A stretch of 64,000 nt of DNA from an uncultured Clostridia bacterium (GTDB lineage Bacteria > Bacillota > Clostridia > Oscillospirales > Ruminococcaceae). The stretch spans positions 4,977 through 68,976 of the forward strand of contig CAMZAK010000002.1 of assembly GCA_947304245.1 (NCBI GenBank). The letters are read 5' to 3'. Each line of letters opens with the position of its first letter. Positions within the stretch are counted from its first letter, which is position 1. Positions 37,003 to 46,316 of this stretch are shown here, piece by piece. Made by a program: the position numbers and the translations under genes. The notes under the pieces were generated by a model. It was given only the letters and a program-made list of their open reading frames with translations. It ran no database searches and had not been told where the DNA came from.

Positions 37003-38931
37003 CTAATCTTTTTCACCCTTTTTTCCTATTAAGTCGTAAGCTAAATTGTTTTCTTTAGAAGAAGACCCATCAACACAATACCATTGATTGTTAACATCCC
37101 CTATTAAATTAAAAATTTTTTCTTCAATACCACGAATTGAATCTTTTTTTGTTGTTTTAAACATAATTCCAGTTGGATTAGAATTTCCTTCATTGAGTTT
37201 AAATGTTATTTTATATACATGTTCGGGAATAATTTTAATTTCTCCTAATTTAAATCTTGTGGGAAACCCATCTTTAAAGTCACATGTGTTGAATTTTTCT
37301 TTAAACAATAAATTTTCATAATTTAAATCTTCAATTGAAATTTCTAGTTCATGGTTAATTGGGCGTTCCATTGAAACATTTCTTGCAAATGCAACTCGCA
37401 GTTCATTTAAATTAGTCATTTCTTTTGGAGCTTTAAAATGTTGCTCTATTACGCTGTTTCCGTTTAATGGTTCTGTGTAAACATCATAAAAACAAACGTT
37501 ATTATTTCTAACGTAATATTTATTCCCACTAAAAAAAGACATTAAAACACATAAAAAACACGGCCCAACAAAAATTAAAAATGTGCTTAGAAATCTTAAC
37601 CTGAACAATCCATTCTCTCTTTTAAAATTTTCATTAAACCTTGTTATTGTAAATTTCGGATGTTTAAACACAGCTCCTACTAAAAGTAGTGCTGAAAATA
37701 ATGTGAAAAATAAATTATAAGAGTTTTTGTCTTTTAAAAAGAAAAACACATCTTTTAAACCATAAATTATCTCCGTCTTAAAATCTAAAAATTTATTTAT
37801 TACTCCCAAACACATAAGCCATTCATCAACATTCATTTCAAAAAATGTTACACTTATTAAAGACAAAAACAAAAATAAAAATATATCTATTATGTAAAAC
37901 ACCCTAGCGTTTTTATTAATAACTGTAGAAAACAAGGTAAAGGGAACCATAAAAAGTAACCATTGTGGGTGCCAAAAACTAATTCCAAATATTAAACAAA
38001 CCACACCATTACTAAAATACATCCCCCATTTGAAAACTTCTTCTTTTTCCACTAAGCTAACTTTTTTTAAATATGCACACACGACAACAAAAACCCATGC
38101 CATAACAAATATGCTAAGTTTAGCATAACCAGTGTTTAAGAAACATTTTGTTAAATAATTCGTTGCTTGAAAACCCAAAACACCCTGCTTAAAAGCCGGT
38201 GAACTAATGTAGAACAAAGTCTCTATTGAAATTGGAATTAAAAAAATTAAACAATGCTTAATTATTTTTAAAATTTTCTTCTCTTTTAAAAAAAGCAATG
38301 GAACATAAATAAGTAGTGCAAAATATTTAAAAGTCATTGCTATTCCAAAAAACACTGTAAACTTTAACATGTTGTTTTTAAAATAATAATAAACACCCAA
38401 CAAAACAAAAAACAAAGTGAAAGAGTCATACTGACCAAAAATTAGTGAGCTGAAAAATGCTAATGGTGTTGTTAAAAACAAAAAAGCAATAATTTTAGCT
38501 TTATTTTTAGTAAACCCAATTAATTTAGATATTTTAAAAATTAAATAACCACAACCTAAAAAAAACAAAACAGGCAAAGCCTTATACCACATCGTTGTTA
38601 AAAAACCCCAACCTCTAAATTTATAACTTGAATTTATAGGGCATACAACTATTTTTAATAAATATAACGGAATATTCCATATTGCAAATAGTAAATATGT
38701 GCTTGGCATGTAAACATTGTAAACAGGTTCAACCTTGTTAGCATAATTATAGTCATAAAAATCTTTAAAATGTCCACCTAAATATGAAATTGAAGAACCT
38801 CCAGTTGCCACAATATCTCCATGGGCAAAAACAACAAAACATATCATTACCATAAAAAAAATAATAAACCAATCTAATTTATTAATCTCATAATTTAAAA
38901 TTTTTCTAATTTTTTTAAATTTTCCTTTCAT
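37003..38931 (-). CDS. Array paralog P3
   Basis: 642-aa ORF. It shares long tracts with no visible differences with P5, a central block with P4 and P5, and a C-terminal tract with P2. Confidence 0.8.
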   Translation of the reverse strand: MKGKFKKIRKILNYEINKLDWFIIFFMVMICFVVFAHGDIVATGGSSISYLGGHFKDFYDYNYANKVEPVYNVYMPSTYLLFAIWNIPLYLLKIVVCPINSSYKFRGWGFLTTMWYKALPVLFFLGCGYLIFKISKLIGFTKNKAKIIAFLFLTTPLAFFSSLIFGQYDSFTLFFVLLGVYYYFKNNMLKFTVFFGIAMTFKYFALLIYVPLLFLKEKKILKIIKHCLIFLIPISIETLFYISSPAFKQGVLGFQATNYLTKCFLNTGYAKLSIFVMAWVFVVVCAYLKKVSLVEKEEVFKWGMYFSNGVVCLIFGISFWHPQWLLFMVPFTLFSTVINKNARVFYIIDIFLFLFLSLISVTFFEMNVDEWLMCLGVINKFLDFKTEIIYGLKDVFFFLKDKNSYNLFFTLFSALLLVGAVFKHPKFTITRFNENFKRENGLFRLRFLSTFLIFVGPCFLCVLMSFFSGNKYYVRNNNVCFYDVYTEPLNGNSVIEQHFKAPKEMTNLNELRVAFARNVSMERPINHELEISIEDLNYENLLFKEKFNTCDFKDGFPTRFKLGEIKIIPEHVYKITFKLNEGNSNPTGIMFKTTKKDSIRGIEEKIFNLIGDVNNQWYCVDGSSSKENNLAYDLIGKKGEKD

Positions 38932-38982
38932 TGCGCCCCCATGAATTTGAAATTTGTTATTTAATGTAGCACATTTACTAAA

Positions 38983-40923
38983 CTAATCTTTTTCACCCTT
39001 TTTTCCTATTAAATCGTAAGCTAAATTATATTCTTTAGGAGAAGATCCGTTAACACAATACCACTGCTCATTAGGGTTCCCCACTATTTCTGTTTTGGTT
39101 TCTTCCATGTTTGGGTTTGGTCCTTTTCTTGTTGTTCTAATAATAACATTGGTTAAATTAGAATTTCCTTCGTTAACTTTAAATATAATCTTATATTCAT
39201 TTTCAGGAGTTATTTTAACATCTCCTAGTTTAAACCTTGTTGGGAAATTATTTTTTAAAAAACTCATACTGAAATTTCTTTTTAATAAAATTTCTTCACT
39301 TTTCACATCTTGGATTAAAATTTCTAGTCCGTTGTTAATTGATTGAACTCCTGCAGGGTTTTTTAAAAAAACAACTCTAAGCTCGGTTAAATTGTTCATT
39401 TCTTTTGGTGCTTTAAAATGTTGCTCTATTACACTGTCCCCGTTTAAAGGTTCAATGTTGGTTGTAAAACAATATGCATTAGTATTTCTAAAATAATATT
39501 TTTCCCCACTCACCAAAGACATTAAAACACATAAAACACATGGCCCAACAAAAAATAAAACCAAACTTGAAAACCTCAACCTGAACAGTACATTTTCTCT
39601 TTTAAAATTTTCATTAAACCTTGTTATTGTAAACTTTGGGTGTTTAAACACCACTCCAACCAAAATTAAAACCGAAAACAATGTAAAAAGAGCACTACAA
39701 ATTTTTTTATCTCTCAAAAAAAAGAATATATCTTTTAAACTAATAATTAATTCTGAATTATAGTTAACAACTTTTTTTAAAATGCCCCCTCTTAGCAATC
39801 TGTCGTCCACATTATATTCAAAATAAGCAACATTAATTAAGCTCATAAACAAAAATAAGAATATATCTATTATGTAAAACACCCTAGCGTTTTTATTAAT
39901 AACTGCTGAAAACAAGGTGAAAGGAACCATAAAAAGTAACCATTGTGGATGCCACATACTAAGCCCAAAGGTTAAACAAACAACAATATTACTAAAATAG
40001 ATTGCCCACTTGAAAAGTTCTTCTTTTTCTTTAACTTCAATATTTTTTAAATATGCCCACACGACAACAAAAACCCATGCCATTAAAAATATGCTAAGTT
40101 TAGCATAACCAGTGTCTAAGAAACACTTTGTTAAATAGTTCGTTGCTTGAAAACTCAAAACTCCCAATTTAAAGTCTGGTGAATGAATGTAGCACAAAGT
40201 TTCAATTAAAATTGGAATTAAAAAAATTAAACAATGCTTAATTATTTTTAAAATTTTCTTCTCTTTTAAAAAAAGCAATGGAACATAAATAAGTAGTGCG
40301 AAATATTTAAAAGTCATTGCTATTCCAAAAAACACTGAAAACTTTAACATGTTATCTTTGAAATAGTAATATATTCCCAACAAAACAAAAAACAAAGTGA
40401 AAGAATCATACTGACCAAAAATTAGTGAGCTAAAAAATGCTAGTGGTGTTGTTAAAAACAAAAAAGCAATAATTTTAGCTTTATTTTTAGTAAACCCAAT
40501 TAATTTAGATATTTTAAAAATTAAATAACCACAACCTAAAAAAAACAAAACAGGTAAAGCCTTATACCACATTGTTGCAACAAATGGAGTGGCATTTATT
40601 GCATCCGTCATGGGAGCAGCCACAATTCCAAGTAAATATATTGGAATATTCCATATTGCAAATAAAATATATGTGCTTGGCATATAGTTATTGTAAATGG
40701 GATATGGCTCTACTTTGTTTAACCTGTTGTAGGTGTATGCGTCTTTAATATGCCCATCTAAATAGGAAATTGAAGAGCCCCCTGTAGACATAATATCTCC
40801 ATGCACAAATGCAACAAAACAAAACATTGCTATGAAAAAAAACATAAACCAATCTAGTTTATTAATTTCATGATTTGGAAAGTTTTTAATTTTTTTTATA
40901 ATATTAAAAAAATATTTCTTCAT
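38983..40923 (-). CDS. Array paralog P4
   Basis: 646-aa ORF. It has the most divergent ectodomain (…NPAGVQSINNGLEILIQDVKSEEILLKRNFSMSFLKNNFPTRF…). Confidence 0.8.
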   Translation of the reverse strand: MKKYFFNIIKKIKNFPNHEINKLDWFMFFFIAMFCFVAFVHGDIMSTGGSSISYLDGHIKDAYTYNRLNKVEPYPIYNNYMPSTYILFAIWNIPIYLLGIVAAPMTDAINATPFVATMWYKALPVLFFLGCGYLIFKISKLIGFTKNKAKIIAFLFLTTPLAFFSSLIFGQYDSFTLFFVLLGIYYYFKDNMLKFSVFFGIAMTFKYFALLIYVPLLFLKEKKILKIIKHCLIFLIPILIETLCYIHSPDFKLGVLSFQATNYLTKCFLDTGYAKLSIFLMAWVFVVVWAYLKNIEVKEKEELFKWAIYFSNIVVCLTFGLSMWHPQWLLFMVPFTLFSAVINKNARVFYIIDIFLFLFMSLINVAYFEYNVDDRLLRGGILKKVVNYNSELIISLKDIFFFLRDKKICSALFTLFSVLILVGVVFKHPKFTITRFNENFKRENVLFRLRFSSLVLFFVGPCVLCVLMSLVSGEKYYFRNTNAYCFTTNIEPLNGDSVIEQHFKAPKEMNNLTELRVVFLKNPAGVQSINNGLEILIQDVKSEEILLKRNFSMSFLKNNFPTRFKLGDVKITPENEYKIIFKVNEGNSNLTNVIIRTTRKGPNPNMEETKTEIVGNPNEQWYCVNGSSPKEYNLAYDLIGKKGEKD

Positions 40924-41069
40924 TTAGCTATGCCGTCCTGCCATATTATACAACTAAAAATTTAAACTAATGCAATGCAAACAAAATAATAATAAATTAT
41001 AAAATATTTCTTAATCTCTAAAATATTTAAATAAGTAAAATTTAAATAAAACAATTTTAAAACGCTTAC

Positions 41070-41098
41070 ACAATATCATTAAATTTTATTGTTGTCAA
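41070..41098 (-). promoter_or_regulatory. Candidate internal promoter in the 230-bp P5-P4 spacer
   Basis: On the minus strand: TTGACA (41098-41093), 17 nt, TATTGT (41075-41070). Confidence 0.3.
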
Positions 41099-41153
41099 CC
41101 GCAAAATTTACTATAACTATCTTCAAAATATAAAATATTTTATTACGCTATTT

Positions 41154-43118
41154 TTATCTTTCCTTTTTTCCTATTAAATCGTAAGCTAAATTATTGTCTT
41201 TAGGAGAAAACCCTTTAATACAATACCATTGATTTTTAAAATCACCAACTAAACTAGATTTTTTTCCGTCTAACCCTGGGTTTGGCCCTTTTTTTGTTGT
41301 TTTAAACATAATTCCAGTTGGATTAGAATTTCCTTCATTGAGTTTAAATGTTATAACATATTCATTTTCAGGAATAATTTCAACATCTCCTAATTTAAAT
41401 TTTGTTGGAAACTCATTTTTAAAATCACATGTATCATATTTTTCACTAAACAAAACTTCATTGTTGCAAATATCTTCAATTGAAATTTCTAGTTCATGAT
41501 TAATTGGACGTTCTATTGAAAGATTCTTTAAAAATACAACTCGCAATTCATTTAAATTAGTCATATTTTTAGGTGCTTTAAAGTGTTGCTCTATTACACT
41601 ATCCCCATTTAAAGGTTCATTGTGAACATCATAAAAATATCCATTACTGTTTCTAAAATAATATTTTTCTCCACTTGCTAAAGACATTAAAACACATAAA
41701 ACACATGGCCCAACAAAAAATAATACTAAACTTAAAAATCTTAACCTGAACAATCCATTCTCTCTTTTAAAATTTTCATTAAACCTTGTTATTGTAAATT
41801 TCGGATGTTTAAACACAGCTCCTACTAAAAGTAGTGCTGAAAATAATGTGAAAAATAAATTATAAGAGTTTTTGTCTTTTAAAAAGAAAAACACATCTTT
41901 TAAACCATAAATTATCTCCGTCTTAAAATCTAAAAATTTATTTGAAAGCCCAAAATACATAAGCCATTCGTCAATATGCGTTTCAAAAAATGTTACACCT
42001 AATAAACAAAAAAACAAAAACAAAAGTATATCTATTATGTAAAACAACCTAGCGTTTTTATTAATAACTGCAGAAAACAAGGTGAAAGGAACCATGAAAA
42101 TTAACCATTGTGGATGCCAAAAACTAAGTCCAAAGGTTAAACAAACAACAACATTACTAAAATAGATTGCCCACTTGAAAAATTCTTCTTTTTCTTTAAC
42201 TTCAACATTTTTTAAATATGCACACACGACAACAAAAATCCATGATATTACAAAAATACTAAGTTTAGTATAACCAGTGTCTAAAACACATTTTTTTAAA
42301 TAATTTTTTGCATTAAAACCAAAAACTCCTAATTTAAAATCTGGTGAATGAATGTAGCCTAAAATCTCTATTAAAATTGGAACTGAAAAAATTAAACAAT
42401 GCTTAATTATTTTTAAAATTTTCTTCTCTTTTAAAAAAAGCAATGGAACATAAATAAGTAGTGCAAAATATTTAAAAGTCATTGCTATTCCAAAAAACAC
42501 TGTAAACTTTAACATGTTGTTTTTAAAATAATAATAAACACCCAACAAAACAAAAAACAAAGTGAAAGAGTCATACTGACCAAAAATTAGTGAGCTGAAA
42601 AATGCTAATGGTGTTGTTAAAAACAAAAAAGCAATAATTTTAGCTTTATTTTTAGTAAACCCAATTAATTTAGATATTTTAAAAATTAAATAACCACAAC
42701 CTAAAAAAAACAAAACAGGCAAAGCCTTATACCACATTGTTGCAAAAAACGGAGTGGTGCTTACTGCATCTTTCATAGGACATTTTACAATATTTAATAA
42801 ATATATGGGAATATTCCATATCGCAAATAATAAATATGTGCTTGGAAAATAGTGATTTGATGTAATTGATGGTTCCACTTCATTAACTATATTATAATAA
42901 TAAGGATCTTTTATGTCTCCCCATAAATAAGATATTGAAGATCCTCCTGTTAACAATATATCTGAATGAACAAAGTTTAAAAAACAAAATGCCACAAAAA
43001 TAAAAAAAACAAACCAATCTAATTTGTTAATTTCATGGTTTGGAAAGTTTTTAATTTCATTTTTTTTATATAATTTAGTATTATTTAAATTAAAGATATT
43101 ATTTTCATTAGACACCAT
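41154..43118 (-). CDS. Array paralog P5 (first gene of the array)
   Basis: 654-aa ORF with a longer, distinct N-terminus (MVSNENNIFNLNNTKLYKKNEIKNFPNHEINKLDWF...). Confidence 0.8.
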   Translation of the reverse strand: MVSNENNIFNLNNTKLYKKNEIKNFPNHEINKLDWFVFFIFVAFCFLNFVHSDILLTGGSSISYLWGDIKDPYYYNIVNEVEPSITSNHYFPSTYLLFAIWNIPIYLLNIVKCPMKDAVSTTPFFATMWYKALPVLFFLGCGYLIFKISKLIGFTKNKAKIIAFLFLTTPLAFFSSLIFGQYDSFTLFFVLLGVYYYFKNNMLKFTVFFGIAMTFKYFALLIYVPLLFLKEKKILKIIKHCLIFSVPILIEILGYIHSPDFKLGVFGFNAKNYLKKCVLDTGYTKLSIFVISWIFVVVCAYLKNVEVKEKEEFFKWAIYFSNVVVCLTFGLSFWHPQWLIFMVPFTLFSAVINKNARLFYIIDILLFLFFCLLGVTFFETHIDEWLMYFGLSNKFLDFKTEIIYGLKDVFFFLKDKNSYNLFFTLFSALLLVGAVFKHPKFTITRFNENFKRENGLFRLRFLSLVLFFVGPCVLCVLMSLASGEKYYFRNSNGYFYDVHNEPLNGDSVIEQHFKAPKNMTNLNELRVVFLKNLSIERPINHELEISIEDICNNEVLFSEKYDTCDFKNEFPTKFKLGDVEIIPENEYVITFKLNEGNSNPTGIMFKTTKKGPNPGLDGKKSSLVGDFKNQWYCIKGFSPKDNNLAYDLIGKKER

Positions 43119-43184
43119 GATGAAACATCACACCCTTTTTTAAATGAAGTAATTCTTAAATATTTGCATTAATTCCACACCCGC

Positions 43185-43213
43185 TTGACAAAACATATTT
43201 ATAATTTTAAAAT
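43185..43213 (+). promoter_or_regulatory. Candidate SigA promoter of the potABCD operon
   Basis: TTGACA (43185-43190), 17 nt, TAAAAT (43208-43213), about 45 nt upstream of the potA ATG. Confidence 0.4.
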
Positions 43214-43259
43214 TATTTTAATTTTATAAATATATTTATATTTTATTTTTTTGGAAATT

Positions 43260-44651
43260 ATGAATATGAAAAATTTTAAGCACATAATTGAATTAAAAAA
43301 TATTTCTATTTCTTTTAATAAAGAAGTAATATTAGAAAATTTTAATATAAAAATTAAAAGTGGGAAATTTGTTACACTTTTAGGCCCTTCTGGGTGTGGT
43401 AAAAGCACCATATTAAAAATAATAGCTGGCCTTTTAAAACCAGACTCCGGTGAAACCATTTTTAACGGGGAAAACATAACAAATTTGCCGCCATACAAAA
43501 GAAACATAAACACTGTTTTTCAAAGGTATGCTCTTTTTTCACACCTTAATGTTTTTGAAAATATTGCTTTTGGTCTTAAAATTAAAAATTTGCCAAAAGA
43601 TGAAATTAAAGAAAGAGTTTTAAACATTTTAAAAACAGTTAACCTAAAAGGTTTTGAAAAAAGAAAACCATTTCAGCTTTCAGGAGGCCAACAACAAAGA
43701 GTTGCAATAGCAAGAGCACTAGTAAACAGGCCAAAACTGCTCCTTTTAGACGAACCCCTTTCTGCCTTAGACGTAAACCTTAAACAGGAAATGCAGTTTG
43801 AACTAAAAGAAATGCAGCAAAATTTAAACACAACATTTGTTTACGTAACGCACGACCAAGAAGAAGCACTAACAATGAGCGATTTTGTTGTTGTAATGAA
43901 CGAAGGAGAAATTCAACAAATTGGAACACCTCAAGAAATTTACAATGAACCACAAAATGCCTTTGTGGCAGATTTTATTGGCCAAAGTAACATTTTAAAT
44001 GGAACCATGGTTAAAGACTACAGAATTTCTTTTGCTAACGAAGTTTTTGAATGCGTGGACAAAGGCTTTGAAAAAAACCAACCAGTGGACCTTGTAATTA
44101 GGCCTGAAGACATTTTAATTGTACCTGAAGGAGAAGGAAAGTTTAACGGAGTAGTAGACACCATTGTTTTTAAAGGTGCGCATTTTGAGTTGGAAATTTT
44201 AGCAAGAAACATATATTGGCTTGTGCACACAACAAAATATTACGAAAAAGGAAAAAAAGTTGGGCTTAATTTTTCTCCGGACGACATACACATAATGCCA
44301 AAACTTTTTGAACAATCCACAAACATAATAAAAGCTGTTGCAGTAGATGAACAAACAATTAGTTTTTTAGATGTGGAATTTAAAACAAATGAGTTTAAAT
44401 TAAAAGCTAATTCTAAAGTTAAATTAATTATTCCTCCTAAGAGCATAAGTCTTGTTTCAACAGATTCAGCAGACTTGGTTTTAACGCTAGACTCCATAAT
44501 TTATAAAGGTTCTTACAATGAAATGTATTTTTACTATGAAGATGAAGATGAAAACGATGGCTACATTTTAGTTAATTCGGAATATGAAGAAGAAGTTGGA
44601 ACAAAACTAGGGCTTAAATTTAATTTTAATGAGGTGAAAATTTTAAATTGA
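43260..44651 (+). CDS. potA: Spermidine/putrescine ABC transporter ATPase PotA, with an extra C-terminal domain
   Basis: GPSGCGKST, LSGGQQQRVAIARAL, LLLDEPLSALD and TOBE-like regions. The protein is ~460 aa, longer than the ~370 aa I recall as typical. The ORF-track TTG at 43251 is also possible. Confidence 0.85.
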   Translation: MNMKNFKHIIELKNISISFNKEVILENFNIKIKSGKFVTLLGPSGCGKSTILKIIAGLLKPDSGETIFNGENITNLPPYKRNINTVFQRYALFSHLNVFENIAFGLKIKNLPKDEIKERVLNILKTVNLKGFEKRKPFQLSGGQQQRVAIARALVNRPKLLLLDEPLSALDVNLKQEMQFELKEMQQNLNTTFVYVTHDQEEALTMSDFVVVMNEGEIQQIGTPQEIYNEPQNAFVADFIGQSNILNGTMVKDYRISFANEVFECVDKGFEKNQPVDLVIRPEDILIVPEGEGKFNGVVDTIVFKGAHFELEILARNIYWLVHTTKYYEKGKKVGLNFSPDDIHIMPKLFEQSTNIIKAVAVDEQTISFLDVEFKTNEFKLKANSKVKLIIPPKSISLVSTDSADLVLTLDSIIYKGSYNEMYFYYEDEDENDGYILVNSEYEEEVGTKLGLKFNFNEVKILN

Positions 44652-45466
44652 AAAAGCATTATTTAACTTTTACTCCTTATTGCATTTGGATTTTTCTTTT
44701 CATTTTAACTCCAACTTTTGTTGTTTTAATTTTTGCTTTTTTAAATGAAAACTCTAACTTCACATTAGAAAATTTTTTAAACATTAAAAACTATTTTGGA
44801 GTAATTTTAAAATCTTTAGGCTACACCACAGCTGCAACTTCTTTGTGCTTTTTTCTAGCATACCCAATTTCATATTTTGCAAGCAAAATTAAAAGTAACA
44901 TGTTTAAAAAAATATTCATAATAGCAATTTCTCTTCCAATGTGGACAAATCTTCTTCTAAGGACATATTCCTGGATGACCATTCTAGAAAACAACGGCAT
45001 TTTAAACAACATTTTAAAATCTTTAAACTTAAGCCCACTAAAAATAATGAACACTCCAATTGCAGTAATAATTGTTATGGCTTACGACTTTTTGCCTTTT
45101 ATGATAATCCCTATCTATAATTCTATTTGTAAAATAGATGAAAATTTAATTCAAGCGGGAGAAGACCTAGGAGCAAACAATTTTAAAATATTTAAACTAA
45201 TTATTCTGCCACTCTCCATGCCGGGAATTTTATCTGGTTTTTCAATTGTTTTTGTTTCTTGTGCTTGTTGTTTTTTCATTCCTCGTCTTTTAGGAGGAGG
45301 TTTTAATGTTTTAATTGGAGAATTAATAGAGTCTCAGTTTATGGGCAGTGTTTATAACCCTTGGTTTGGCTCTGCCATTTCAATTTTCTTTATGCTTTTA
45401 ATTATATTAATAATTAAAATAACTCAAAAATTTAATAAAACAGAAACAGAAAATCTAACAATTTAA
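44648..45466 (+). CDS. potB: Spermidine/putrescine ABC permease PotB (TTG start overlapping the potA TGA)
   Basis: 6-TM permease with an EAA-like loop (…IQAGEDLGANNFKIFKLIILP…). Its position is consistent with a pot operon. Confidence 0.8.
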   Translation: MKKHYLTFTPYCIWIFLFILTPTFVVLIFAFLNENSNFTLENFLNIKNYFGVILKSLGYTTAATSLCFFLAYPISYFASKIKSNMFKKIFIIAISLPMWTNLLLRTYSWMTILENNGILNNILKSLNLSPLKIMNTPIAVIIVMAYDFLPFMIIPIYNSICKIDENLIQAGEDLGANNFKIFKLIILPLSMPGILSGFSIVFVSCACCFFIPRLLGGGFNVLIGELIESQFMGSVYNPWFGSAISIFFMLLIILIIKITQKFNKTETENLTI

Positions 45467-45497
45467 AATAAATAAATTACGGAGAATTTTTTTTATT

Positions 45498-46304
45498 ATG
45501 TATAATGTTTCATCTAAAATTGTTTCTAAAATGTCTTTTGCTTTCATCTTTCTTTTTTTATATATCCCAATTTTCATTGTAATTATTTTTGCATGCAATA
45601 GCAGCAAATCTCGCTGTGTTTTTGAAAGCTTTACTTTAAAATGGTTTTCAGAACTTTTTAAAGATAAAATAATTTTAGAAGCTTTTTTTAATTCTTTAAT
45701 TTTAGCTTTAATCTCTGCCATTATTGCAACGGTTATTGGAACACTAGCCGCTTTAAAAATAACTAAATTAAAAAAAAGTAAACAAAACATTTTCACAGGT
45801 TTAAACTATATTCCAATAATTAACTCAGACGTTATAACTGGTGTTTCTTTAATGCTGTTTTTAAAATTTTTTCTAAATATTTTTAATAAAGATTTTGGCT
45901 TTACAACAGCACTAATAGCTCACATAACAATTACCATGCCCTATGTTGTTCTTTTCGTTATGCCAAAAATTAAACAAATTGAACCAAACACACTAAATGC
46001 AGCGCTAGACCTTGGCTGTTCCCCTAACATGCTGTTTTTTAAAATAATTCTGCCAAACATAGCACCTTCAATTGTTGGAGCTTTTATGATGGCTTTTGCC
46101 ATTTCTTTTGATGATTTTACAATTTCATATTTCACAGTAGGGGACTCTTTTCAAACTTTGCCGGTTTTAATATATTCCATGGTTAGAAGAAGAATAACTC
46201 CAAAAATTAATGCCCTTTTTGCAATAATATTTATTTTAGTTATTTTAATTTTAATATTAATTAACATTTTAAACATAAATTCAAATAAGTCTAAAGAAAT
46301 TTAA
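45498..46304 (+). CDS. potC: Spermidine/putrescine ABC permease PotC
   Basis: 6-TM permease with an EAA-like loop (…LNAALDLGCSPNMLFFKIILP…). Confidence 0.8.
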   Translation: MYNVSSKIVSKMSFAFIFLFLYIPIFIVIIFACNSSKSRCVFESFTLKWFSELFKDKIILEAFFNSLILALISAIIATVIGTLAALKITKLKKSKQNIFTGLNYIPIINSDVITGVSLMLFLKFFLNIFNKDFGFTTALIAHITITMPYVVLFVMPKIKQIEPNTLNAALDLGCSPNMLFFKIILPNIAPSIVGAFMMAFAISFDDFTISYFTVGDSFQTLPVLIYSMVRRRITPKINALFAIIFILVILILILINILNINSNKSKEI

Positions 46305-46316
46305 TTGGAGAAAACA

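Noticed and set aside
33155-43118. Interpreting the five-paralog array as IS elements or transposon copies, or as ABC/MFS transporter duplicates
   Set aside because: There are no terminal inverted repeats and no transposase motifs. The proteins have about 13 TM helices with large loops and a C-terminal soluble domain, with no transporter signature motifs or associated ATPase. A tandem head-to-tail arrangement with conserved SD-containing junctions fits gene-family amplification.
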